From assembly GCF_006345805.1 (NCBI RefSeq), contig NW_021835466.1, positions 5,509 through 69,508 of the forward strand: a stretch of 64,000 nucleotides of DNA. Reading direction: 5' to 3'. The stretch is from Octopus sinensis (taxonomy: Eukaryota). Shown in pieces: positions 39,465 through 51,437 of this stretch. The notes under the pieces were generated by a model that was given only the letters and a program-made list of their open reading frames with translations, was not told the origin of the DNA and did not search any database. Each line of letters opens with the position of its first letter. Position 1 is the first letter of the stretch. A program made the translations under genes and the position numbers.

Positions 39465-39675
39465 AGATACATATATAAATAAATAGATATTTATAGATGT
39501 TTATCACATCATTTTTCTCTGGGGTTATAATAAGCAAGATTGTTACATTGAACTGAAGTAATGAGGGTAAAGTTGGCAATCACTACGAATTTGGACCAGT
39601 CCGATGCTGGTTAAATTGGCCACAAATTCAACGTCACTAAGTTACTATGAAAACTATTCTGTTAAAACTATTTAC

Positions 39676-39722
<47 letters not shown>

Positions 39723-40314
39723 ATATATTATGTGCATATATATATATATATATATATGTATATACATATATATATATGTATGTATATTAGTATGTATATA
39801 TATATATACGTACATATATACATATACATATACATAATATATATGCATAATATATATAATTATATATATATATATATATATATGCATACACATATGTATA
39901 TGTATATAGATATATATATATACCACATGTAAAATGGAATTTCTGAAGTGAAGATAGGATAGTGCTTTTGTGAAAGAATTTCGAAAATTAGATTAAATAC
40001 ATGAAACTGGTGAATCCAAATCCTGTCACTTTATGAAATATTGAATAATAGCAAAAATAATTAAACTTAATCTGTTAACTAAGGACCATAATTTAATTTT
40101 TGTGAAATTCATTGGTAATATATGAGTATAAATTTGTATAGCTTCATAAAAAAGTAAACGTTCTGTTCAAATAATATAATCTAATTAACAGTTTGTTAAT
40201 TTTGTGTGTAGTTGTGTATGGTTTTGTTTTATTGGTGAATGAAATTTTTAATAAAAATGTATTTATTGATTCTTGTCTTACCCTGTATATGAACGAAACG
40301 TGTATGCATGCATC

Positions 40315-40349
<35 letters not shown>

Positions 40350-40424
40350 TGTGTAGTGTGTGTGTGTATGTGTTTGTGTATGTGTACATGTTCATGCATG
40401 TATATATATATATGTCTACGTCTG

Positions 40425-40480
<56 letters not shown>

Positions 40481-40721
40481 ATATATGTATATGTGCATGT
40501 ATGTATGTATGCGTATAAACATTATAACATACATACTCATACCTTATATTCTATTAAAATTTGAGCAAATATATGTCTGTGTATATACTCATATATGCAT
40601 GTATGCATAATAGTATATATATTTATATAAGTATATAATATATATATATATATATTATATATGTATATATATATATATAAATATATATATATACACATAC
40701 ATATATATATATATATATATA

Positions 40722-41144
40722 ATTACATTATATAAAAGGGCTTAGTAAAATAAATTACTTTGGGGAGAGCAGAAATTCTTCGCTTGCATATTTGAGTTTG
40801 CTGGCACTGTTAGTTTCGAGCAGATCTTCAGAAGCGATAAGAAGCCGAAAGGGTATGCTCCCACTTTCAGTGTTTTCAAATCCAAACCAAGGAGTTCTGA
40901 GCTGATGATAGAAATGTCGAGTTGACTAATCTTGAAACGTACGTTCTCAAATAACCTTTGCATTTGATTTTTTAATGTCTTTACCCCCATACTTTCGTGA
41001 GTTGAATTGAGCAAACACTATATGAGAGAGGTTTTCTTTAAGTATTAGAAATAGTTTTAAAAAAGTTTTTTTAGCTACTATTTCTAATGAGTTCAGTATG
41101 CGGCAAAGTAATTTATTTTACTAAGCCCTTTTATATAATGTAAT
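40722..41144. mobile_element. 423-bp element with 40-bp perfect terminal inverted repeats
   Basis: attacattatataaaagggcttagtaaaataaattacttt at both ends in inverted orientation. The internal minus ORF has YPFGFLSLLKICSKLTVPANSNMQAKNF, weakly like a hAT dimerisation domain. Confidence 0.8.
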
Positions 41145-41274
41145 AATTTGAATTCGCCTTAAATGGTCCCTTTGCATACTGAATACTTGGTGAAATTGAT
41201 TAATAATTAATTAATTTACCCTCAATTGTTGAAATTATATATATATATAATATATATTATATAATATATGTATG

Positions 41275-41322
<48 letters not shown>

Positions 41323-41999
41323 ATATATATATATATATATAATATATACGGATGTGTACGTAAATATGTCCATGGTAAGAGTGAAACATTTCTATGAATA
41401 TTTATCTTTCTCAAGTATATAAGAATATCTGCACACACATGAATATGCATATGTATATATATATATGTGTGTACGTACGTGTACGTGTGTGTGTGTGTGT
41501 TTGTGTATGTGTGTGTGTGTGTATTTATGTGTTTGTATGTATTTCTGTATGAATGTCTTGACACTGGCAATACATAAAACATATTTGTGTGATAAATGTT
41601 TACCTACGCAGCTCTATGTCAGCACTTTATATGGCATAATGATGACAGTGTCTTTTTTTATGGCCTGCAAAAATGTCTTTCTTAAAATAATGCAATTTGG
41701 TATGTTTTAACCCATTTGAGTGGAAAAAAATACTGCTAATAGCTCATTCATGTGTGATACTGCCTGGTTGTCTGTCGATTGTCTATCTCTCTGTCTGTCT
41801 CTCTCTCTCACTTCGTCACTCTTTCGATATCTCTCTTCTTTCTAATACCCGTGCTGCAGAATAAATCAACAGAAATATATTTTCCAAGAATTATTATCAA
41901 GCATGAGAATATTGGCTATTTAACACTTGTTTAAGAATAGAATAACTTTTTTGGGTGTTTTAGTATAACTATAAATGCCAAGAGATCTTTATTCGCATT

Positions 42000-43010
42000 C
42001 ATTATGAACCATATCATGCGTAGACCGAGAAAGATTTCTTGATGCGTGGGAGATCGGCAAGCCTCCACAGTCCTCTGCTAGTCGGTAGAATTTCCACATT
42101 GAAAGGCTATAACGGATTCGTGTCGGGGAAACTCTGTGCGTCTGGAGAGATCAGTTAGTTGGTATTTATAAAGGCGGCGAGCTGGCAGAAATGTTATTAC
42201 GCCGGGCGAAATGCGTAGCCGTATTTTGTCTGCCGCTACGTTCTGAGTTCAAATTCCGCCGAGGTCGACTTTGCCTTTCATCCTTTCGGGGTCGATAAAT
42301 TAAGTACCAGTTACGCACTGGGGTCGATATAATCGATTTAATCCGTGTGTCTGTCCTTGTCTGTCCCCTCTATGTTTAGCCCCTTGTGGGTAGTAAAGAA
42401 ATAGGTATTACACTGTGGACTTCCGCGCTGAAGCCTATGCACGAATTCCAGAGATTCTTGGCCTTTCAGTACTACCGGGAGAGCTCACCCATTTCGAGGC
42501 AAACTCTACAGGTATGGAACAGATGTCGAACAGACCTGTTGGAGATGTGAGCAATCGATTAAACCTTTCTTTATACACTTACCCAGTGTCCAGGCATTGC
42601 TGACTAGAGTAAATTTGTCGAGCAGTCGTCAAATTCATGGCGGAACCACTTAACGGCCGAATTCATATTTTGACGGGAAGGCAGCTTTCTCCTGTCATGT
42701 GGTCAAGTTGAATAATGCAGAGTAATATCCGTGGTTGGAACAACTGGTGACAGATAATTTCCTGTTCGGCGAAGCCATCATCGACTTGTTGAAGTTTCAC
42801 TTGAAAAGAGTGATGGATTTTGAAAGGTGAGTGAAGGTGACGAAGATGGCCCGTGTGATTGGACCTACGATGACCACAAGCCTGAATACCGGAAGGTTTG
42901 AAAAGAAGACAGACAGCTGCCTGAGTTGCCTTAATAGTCAGTTGAGAATATTTGTCGTTCTAAGGTGCTCTGGGATGGAAATTTTCCGCTTCTGGTGGAA
43001 CTGTATTCTT
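42000..43010 (+). mobile_element. Old Tx1-like LINE 3' fragment interrupted by SINE-B (42172-42408)
   Basis: FQRFLAFQYYRE / LYRYGTDVEQTCWRCEQ / IIDLLKFHLKRVMDFER parallel the C-terminus of the 25.5-29.4 kb LINE (FQRSLAWQCYRN / LSRHGISVPPTCPRCE / LTYFRYHLKSKMGLEKR). Confidence 0.75.
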
Positions 43011-43149
43011 TAAATGATGTTTATAATTGCTACTCTTTTTATTGTATTCAGGTATTTTTCCGCTAAACCCCTATTCATCCCTTGTTTTTTTTACAGTCAT
43101 TTTGTGTTATACGTCCCGCCCTTGTACCCAATGAAGAAAAGATTGTCGA

Positions 43150-43400
43150 TATGTCTTTTTATACTCTAGGTACAAAGACAGAAATTTTGGGTAGGGGGCC
43201 AGACGATTAGATTGGCCCCAGTACGCAACTGGTGTTTAATCTATCGACCTCGAAAGGACGAAGAGCAAAGTCGCTCTCGGCGGAATTTTTGCTCAGAACG
43301 TAAAGACAGAAGTAATCCCTATTTCTTTACTACCCACAAGGGGTTAAACACAGAGGGAACAAACAAGGACAGACAAACGGATTAAGTCGATTATAGGCAA
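43150..43400 (-). mobile_element. Young SINE-B 3' part joined to the remainder of an older B-type element
   Basis: Junction gacagaagtaatccctatttc falls at the family's internal GGTATTTCGTC position. Confidence 0.7.
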
Positions 43401-44387
43401 AGTCGACCTATATTTGTTTGTGATGTAGTCTCTGCGTGGTGAAGAGCGCGCGTGCGTATCTCTGAAGGTGTGTGTGTACATGTGTGCGTGTGTGTGTTTA
43501 CATATATGAATTTTGTTTGTGTGTTTGTGTCTGAGTGTGTGCGTTTTTTTTTGTTTGTCTATGTAAGCACGTGTGTGAGTATTTGTGTACGTATTTCTGT
43601 GCGTCAAATACACGCTGACGTACATACATGCGCACAGAGAGAGTAAATGAACACAGCTCCGATAACGGACAGAATCAACATCCATTGACAAGGATGCAAA
43701 AGCTACAAAAAGTTTGGAAAAAATATATATAAATAATAAATAAGTGGAAATTGAAGTTGTGACTGCGTTAGATAGTAATTCTGTATAACTCCTCAGACAC
43801 AACAAATTTTTTTTATCAAGACATTTAGAAACATCCCTCCATAATATAACAATTTGAACACGTAAATATGGTAACAACCGCTTACCTTTGTTGTCTAAGA
43901 TGAAATACTATCATATCTAAATTAAATGTTAATTGCCATTCGTTTTTAATTACGATTTCCCGTTTCTCTACTTATAGTGGTGACAAGAAGTTATCCAGTA
44001 TTATTTTCTATATCTCTTTCTTTATATTTCCATTTTCATTTTTATTTTTAATTTGTTTTGCTTTGATTTTATTTTTACTTTTCTTTTGTTTTATCTACTT
44101 GTGTATTTTGCTCTAACGATTCTCTTCAAGAATTATATCTTAACCTTACTAGTGCAGTTGTAGCAGTGATATCTTAGTTCTGTCATTTAGGATTATAATG
44201 AAGACTTAGCTTTATAGTTATTTCTCCTGTAATAGTTTATTTATACTCTTTGTTTACTAGTTTCAAATAATACTGTCAACTGTTTATACTTATATGATTT
44301 TATGGAAACTAAATAGATTTTGATACATCAGGATTAAAATAATTAGTATACGATGTCGGCGATTTCGCTTTTATATTTGCAAACACT

Positions 44388-44620
44388 ACCTATTTCTTTA
44401 TTACCCACAAGGGGCTAAACACAGAGGGGACAAACAAGGACAGACATAGGTATTCAGTCGATTACATCGAGCCCAGTGCGTAACTGGTACTTAATTTATC
44501 GACCCCGAAAGGATGAAAGGCAAAGTCGACCTCGGCGGAATTTGAACTCACAACGTAAGGCAGACGAAATACCGCTAAGCATTTCGCCCGACGAGCTAAC
44601 GTTACTGCCAGCTCGCCGCC
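44388..44620 (-). mobile_element. SINE family B, full length
   Basis: Reverse copy from tacctatttc to cagctcgccgcc. Confidence 0.9.
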
Positions 44621-45492
44621 CTTGCATGCCCGCTACTGTTTTGTCGCACGTTGGGATGCCTTCTACTCAACTCTGCTAGCTACTCTCTCACCGCTACTAT
44701 TCTGCTCTTATCTGACGTCTAGACTTCTCTCTATATATCTACACATTGGGCTAGTCTACTACGTTGTCTGGGGGCGTCCACACAACAGCTACAAACCGTA
44801 AGGAGGCTGTAGGATAAAATTTTCTTTACTGGTGAAGAATTAAGATATTTCTTTGTCTGTCCTACGTTTTGTAGTATTAAATGGAATTTTCATATATATA
44901 TATATATAACGTGAAATACTTTTTCTATTCCTGAGCGTTATACTAATACATCCGTTTGTTTTTTACACCACCTATCTTCGTCTTTTGTTTTTTTCGTAAA
45001 CTCTCCCTATATATATATAGAGACACAGAGAGAAAAAGCAAACGGAAACGCAGCATATATTTTTGTGTGAGTATAGTATTCCACTTCTTCCGAACTCTAT
45101 TCACTATTTACCTAACTCTTAAGAACTTGAAGTAATTGATTTAGTAAAGGTGAAGGTTTTAATTAGTAAAGGTTTAGCAATGGGAGTTTAATAATCTCTG
45201 GCAGCAAATTGTTGGAATTTAATGTTTAACTTATTGGGAAGGTCTTTAATCTACTTAATTACAGCTTCTGAATTTTTCAATAAGTTCGATTGGGAGGCTA
45301 TCTCCTTAAATTTAGATGATATCTTATCTAGTATTTGTTCGCTAATTATTCTATATCAGATTTAGTACGTGTTATTAGTCGAAAAGATAGATCGTTGGTA
45401 AAATTACGTTGCAGCTTGATGAATATATCATGATCGTTCAGGTGTAAGAAAATGTGTAATGATGCGTTCTCCACTGTTTATATCATTGAGGA

Positions 45493-45878
45493 TGTGGAGG
45501 CGCAATGGCCCAGTGGTTAGGGCAGCAGACTCGCGGTCATAGGATCGCGGTTTCCATTCCCAGACCGGGCATTGTGAGTGTTTATTGAGCGAAAACACCT
45601 AAAGCTCCACGAGGCTCCGGCAGGGGATGGTGGTGATCCCTGCTGTACTCTTTCACCACAACTTTCTCTCACTCTTACTTCCTGTTTCTGTTGTACCTGA
45701 ATTTCAAAGGGCCGGCCTTGTCACTCTCTATGTCACGCTGAATATCCCCGAGAACTACGTTAAGGGTACACGTGTCTGTGGAGTGCTCAGCCACTTACAT
45801 GTTAATTTCACGAGCAAGCTGTTCCGTTGATTCGGATCAACCGGAACCCTCATCGTCGTAACCGACAGAGTGCTTCCA
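45493..45878 (+). mobile_element. SINE family C with 65-bp flanking direct repeat
   Basis: 45427-45491 vs 45881-45945, 61/65 identical. Confidence 0.9.
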
Positions 45879-46129
45879 AAATCATGATTGTTCAGGTGTA
45901 AGAAAATGTGTAATGGTGAGTTCTCTACTGTTTATATCATTGAGGGTAGCCACATTGGCTTTACATAGAATCGTTTGATAGACTTTAATATAACATAATG
46001 ACATAATAGCATATGTGCTTAATATATGTTCTCTCTCATCTGAATGCACTTAGTTATGCTGGGAAATTCAAATATTCTCTTTCGAATTGATCTTAGATTT
46101 TGGCACAGCGTCAGTAATTCCGGTTGATG

Positions 46130-46860
46130 GTTTAAGTCGATTATATCAACTCCAGTATTGAACTGGTACTTGTTTTATCAACACCGAATAGAGGAACGGC
46201 GAAGTGTCCCTCAATGGAATGTGAACTCAGAACATAAAGAGGGCCGAAATGCGGCTAAACATTTTCCTCGGCGTGTTAAGGGTTCTGGCAGCTCGTGGTT
46301 TTCTTTTGTCAAATTACTATTAGAAATAAAGTCTAAGGTGGTGACCTGGCAGAATCGCTACGACGCTGGAAAAATTGCTTGGCATTTTTTCTGACTTGCG
46401 TCTTCCTTGCCGCTGGATTCTATTTTGCGTTTCGTTCTTTGGAGTCGATCAAATAAGGGTAACCGACTTGTCCCTTCCCTCAAAGATGGTGGCATTGTGC
46501 CAAAATTTGAAACCAACATTAAAAATATGGTCGGATTTTCTATGTAATTGTTTACACGTAAATCCTAAATGATTCTTAATTCCGATTTTCTTTTGCCATA
46601 ATATTAGACGCACAATTCTACACCTTTCATAAACTGAAGGTGTTCTCGTTACGTTGAGTGAAATCATTTCCGCTGGAATTGATTGCTTTGTGCATAGTGA
46701 ATGGCTTTAGAGTTTTATTTTGCGATATATATATATATATATATATGGAGCTCTTTTGAGGTCCATAAATTAAGTACCAGTTGCGTACTGGGACGATCTA
46801 ATCGCCTGGTCCGCTCCCCAAAATTTCTGGCTTTGTGCCTTGAGTAGAATAGGATAAAGC
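46130..46860. mobile_element. Three old SINE-B-type relics (minus, plus, plus)
   Basis: ccagtattgaactggtactt; ggcagaatcgctacgacgc; ggtccataaattaagtaccagttgcgtactggg. Confidence 0.6.
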
Positions 46861-48080
46861 GACAATCTATATCTATATATATATATATATATATGTACCA
46901 GCACGCATGATATATATACTCGTACAAAAATGTTTTTGAGCGTACGCGTTGTCGTTTTCGTGAGAATTTCCACCGTGTATTTTCTTCTTGTATGAAACGA
47001 GAATCTTGAGAAAAATGAAAAATTACTACTATTGCCGCTTTTGCTACTTGTTGCACATTATTATTTGAAATTATCGATTCGCTCTTGAACTTTGATATTT
47101 TCCAGTTCTCATCAACTCTAAAAGGACCTTAATTTTAAAACCTTTGAAAATTCATCATTTCCTCGTGAATTCCCTTTCATGTTTTCGCTTTTTTTTCTTC
47201 TGTACGTTATATCCGACATATCACAAGTTAAAATTCTAAACAGAAGCGCATTTCCCCTAAATGCAACGAGCAGAGCACGTTTGGCGGAAATATTGCTTCC
47301 TGCATATATCACTTAGGTATTGTAATAATAACATCCAACACCGTTCTGCATTCTTAATTTTCCCTCTTTTTTATATTTTCTGTTGAGGTGGATTTCAGTT
47401 AATATCATGGCGTACAATATTCTCGACATATAGTTAATACTCAAACAGAGAGCCAATGAGCCAATTTATAATTTGGCTGTAAGAACGATAGCAATTACTC
47501 AGAAACATCTTCTGCGTGAATTTCTAAATGCTAAGTTCGTTGCTAACATTATGAATGTTGTGAACCGAGAAATTTTATAAAGTGAATATAATTTCGTAGT
47601 CAGGAATATATAATCGTTCTATTAATTATCAAAGCTGGTGAAAAGAGATGGGAGATTGGGGAACCTGAATTCCTAATTGATTAAAAAAAAATCGATTGAG
47701 ATGGAATGCGGAAAATGCAACGGCGTTTGAGCCTATTTCCGATATTTATACTACGGTGCTAATTTCAAAAATGCTGGAATCTTTTGAGATTTGAACAAAG
47801 TTAAGGTTTTAAAGAAAACATCTCCGAAATTCAGGGATTCTGTTATCTGTATAGAGGTATAATGATTATATAATGATTACACTCTCCTTACGACGACAAT
47901 AATATCAGATAATTAAATTTCTTGATGCTCAACGCATCAGGAATGTAAGTTTAATTTGGACAAACTCTCTTTCCTATCAGTCAATACGCGTATATATTAT
48001 ATATATATATATGTATATGTATATGTATATGTATATATATATATATAATATATATATGTATATATATATATATATATATA

Positions 48081-48113
<33 letters not shown>

Positions 48114-48121
48114 ATATATAT

Positions 48122-48180
<59 letters not shown>

Positions 48181-48662
48181 ATATATGTATATATATACAC
48201 ACATATATATATATATATATGTGTGTATGTGTGTATGTATGAGTGTGTGGGTGTATGATAATTTGTGTGTTAGTAGGTATGCACACATATAAATATATGT
48301 GTCTATCTATTGGGGGGTATTTGGGAGTGAGTGTACGCAATTACTTGTGTGAGAAGTTGAAATAAACCTTTGTTGAGAATTTATCTTTAAGCTAATTGTT
48401 CCTTGCTCTCGTCACGAGTGTAATTTGAGTTAATTATGACTTCTTAATTCACTCTAAGTATAATAGGACCGATGGATTAGATTTTACTGCTGTTAAGCTA
48501 TAACTAGCACAACAATTATTAGGAAACGAGTAAGGATTACTAGCTAAATATTATCGTGTAGTGAGTTTAACACAAAGCATATTATAACAATACTCATTAA
48601 CTATTAATAATATTTTAGTTTCCTTTTTGGATTTGGTTTGCAAGAGTCTTGTGTGTTGAAGC

Positions 48663-48929
48663 ATATTCTATTGCCTGGAGAGAGTCACTTTCTTTTTCTG
48701 CCTTATGACGTAACACACTCACCGGTAAAATTTCCACTTATTTTTTACTTTTATTTTCTAAAAATTTTCTTTGCGTCTTGCAAACTTTTCAATAGTCTTG
48801 AAAAGGTTGCAAGACGCAACAAAAATTTTAAGGAAATAAAAGTAAAAGAAAACGGGAAATTTTACCGGTGAGTGTGTTACAACATAAGGCACAAAAAGGA
48901 AATGACTCTCCCCAGACACAACAGAATAT
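48663..48929. repeat. Fold-back palindrome (~130-bp arms, 5-nt loop)
   Basis: Centre cttttcaa-tagtc-ttgaaaag; includes a perfectly inverted 26-mer gtaacacactcaccggtaaaatttcc. Confidence 0.9.
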
Positions 48930-49365
48930 TTTAGGTGTTTAAAGCAATTGTGGAAGACGGTTACAAAGATATTTTAGTGTAACTAGGACCGAAAAATTGG
49001 TATTAGTATAATGTATTTTAAACTCGTTTTCGTAGAAAAAGTTTTGGGAGAATATTTCACTATAGATGATCATTGTTATAATGTGAGTGTTATCAGCTCA
49101 CCTGTTGTCACCTGTTCTTTAATTATTCTATGAGTGTAATCACACTGCTATGGCTATGTACTCTGTTCTCGTTGTTCACTAGTAGATTAGTCACGGTCAT
49201 TTCTGGTGAGAAGCATCCGAAACATATCCACCCTCTCATGTTAAAGCTTTATTGAACAAACTTGAAAGGTAATACGATTAGGACTTTGGCATCGCTTGAA
49301 GTGGTAGTGCACCTATTCGTTGTTTCTGTCTAAAAGTAGATTTATATTTCATTCTGGTTTCCCTT

Positions 49366-49900
49366 TATTCATATTTGAAATGGATAACCGAAAATTTCAC
49401 ATTAGCATTGTAATGCTTTTCGTATTTTAAAAATGGAGAAAATGCTGCAAAGATTTCCGAAAGGTAAGGCTTTTTTTTTTGTGTGATGATGCTGTATGGG
49501 AAACAACTTTTCGAAGGTGGTTTGCAAAATTTTAAACTTGACTGTTTAGCTTGGAAGATGACAGCTGCAGTGGAAGACCTCCAAAATCGGATGATGTTTT
49601 GAAGGAAAAATCGAAGAAAACTCAAATATCACGACTAGAGAACGTGTAGGGTAGTTGGAAATTTCTAAAAGTACGACTCATAAATACCTAGTGCAGCTAG
49701 GATAGATTCCTCACTATAATGTACGGGTCCTTCACAATGGACTCAGAAAAGAATTCCTTGGACCGGTGTTCTTTTTGCGATATGCTTTTGAAACTGTATG
49801 AAATCATACCCTTTTTTTAAAACAACTTGTAACTGAAGATGAAAAAGGGATTGTGTACGAAGTCGTAGTGTGTAAAAGATCCGGGATTCTCAAAAAATAG
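49366..49900 (+). pseudogene. mariner transposase N-terminal and middle remnant (Mos1/mellifera-like)
   Basis: MDNRKFHI..FKNGENAA..DDAVWETTFRRWFAKF..SLED..SGRP..ITTRE..LEISKST.HKYL..LG..PFLKQLVTEDEK. Confidence 0.8.
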
Positions 49901-50398
49901 CAACTAAAGACGAATATCCATGCCAACAATGTTATGCTTTGTGTTTGGCGGGATCAAAAAGGCATTATTTATTAAGCCTTAATACTTGTCGTCGTCGATT
50001 ATTTCCTCTGTATGTCCAATGTGTCGTTGTTCGTTCGTTGGAAGCTCTAACTCTCCAGAATTTTTTCTATTTTAAAAATTTCTGGCTGCTGCTATTTTAT
50101 GAAGGTTTCCTATTTGGCTGTCGAAATCTGGAAATAGGGAGAAATTAAGTCGACAACTGAGGAGAGGTTACACTTCCTTTGGCATGTTGTCCCGTACTTG
50201 TCGCGCGTTCTGTGCTTACGTATTTTTTCACTCGTCGGGGATGACCTGTACTCGATGTATTATATATGAGTGTGCGTGTGTGTTAGTGCGCATATGTAAA
50301 TAAATATATAATTACACACACATATATTTGAATGTGTGTATCAGTCCCTATATATAAATAAATATATAATTACACGTATACATATATGTGTATAGAAA

Positions 50399-50785
50399 TG
50401 GAAGTACTCCGTCGGTTACGACGATGAGGGTTCCGGTTGATACGATCAACGGAACAGCCTGCTCATGAAATTAACGTGTAAGTGGCTGAGCACTCCACAG
50501 ACACGTGCACCCTTAACGTAGTTCTCGGGGATATTCAGCGTGACACAGAGAGTAACAAGGCCGGCCCTTTGAAATACAGGTACAACAGAAACAGGAAGTA
50601 AGAGTGAGAGAAAGTTGTGGTGAAAGAGTACAGCAGGGGATCACCACCATCCCCTGACGGAGCCTCATGGAGCTTTAGGTGTTTTCGCTCAATAAACACT
50701 CACAACGCCTTGTCTGGGAATCGAAACCGCGATCCTATGACCGCGAGTCCGCTGCCCTAACCACTGGGCCATTGCGCCTCCACGT
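50399..50785 (-). mobile_element. SINE family C (tail type 1)
   Basis: Reverse copy from ggaagtactccgtcgg to cattgcgcctcca. Confidence 0.9.
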
Positions 50786-51075
50786 GTATATAAAATAGTT
50801 TAAGGAAAACAGAGAAACATATAAAATGTTCACTCGCTTGATCTTTCTGCAGTCATTTAAAGTTCTTGCCTTTTAGTGTATGTGAGGTTCCAGCTATTTC
50901 GTGATGGGCATCCTGGACTTTAAAGTGCCATATAAAATAATAAACAAAAAAAAAGGCTTCTTAATTTCACTCTAATGGAAAAATAGACTGGGCAAGTTTA
51001 ATTTCGCTCGTATTAGAATTTTGTTTCTTTATTCAACTGCATCGTAGAGACTGTTGTAAGACTTATATATGTATG

Positions 51076-51104
<29 letters not shown>

Positions 51105-51106
<2 letters not shown>

Positions 51107-51401
51107 CACCGTGATCACCGTGACCGACCAGGCTATCATATGTTGCTACACATCGCTGGTCACAATGCGCTTCGCATTGTTTTAGCCTTCAAGTGATGCC
51201 ACCCCGCTGGCTAAGCGAGCAGGCCAACAGAAGAAAGAGTGAGAGACAGTTGTGGCGAAAGAGTACAGCAGGGATCGCCACCACCCCCTGCCGGAGCCTC
51301 GTGGAGCTTTAGGTGTTTCCGCTCAATAAACACTCACAACGCCCGGTCTGGGGATCGAAACCGCGATTCTACAACCGTGAATCCGCTGCCCTAACCACTG
51401 G

Positions 51402-51405
<4 letters not shown>
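51105..51405 (-). mobile_element. SINE family C variant with a different 3' tail (type 2), embedded in (TA)n
   Basis: Same head and central domain as 50399-50785; diverges after ctctcactctt into ...tgtgaccagcgatgtgtagcaacat... Confidence 0.85.

Positions 51406-51437
<32 letters not shown>

Noticed and set aside
40810-40833. Minus-strand CTGAAGA-tctgctc-GAAAC
   Set aside because: No stem II or stem I can form.
46900-47060. Possible Tc1/maT transposase N-terminus
   Set aside because: Similarity too weak to call without a search.
49203-49228. CTGGTGA-gaagcatcc-GAAACATATC
   Set aside because: Core mismatch and no convincing stem II.
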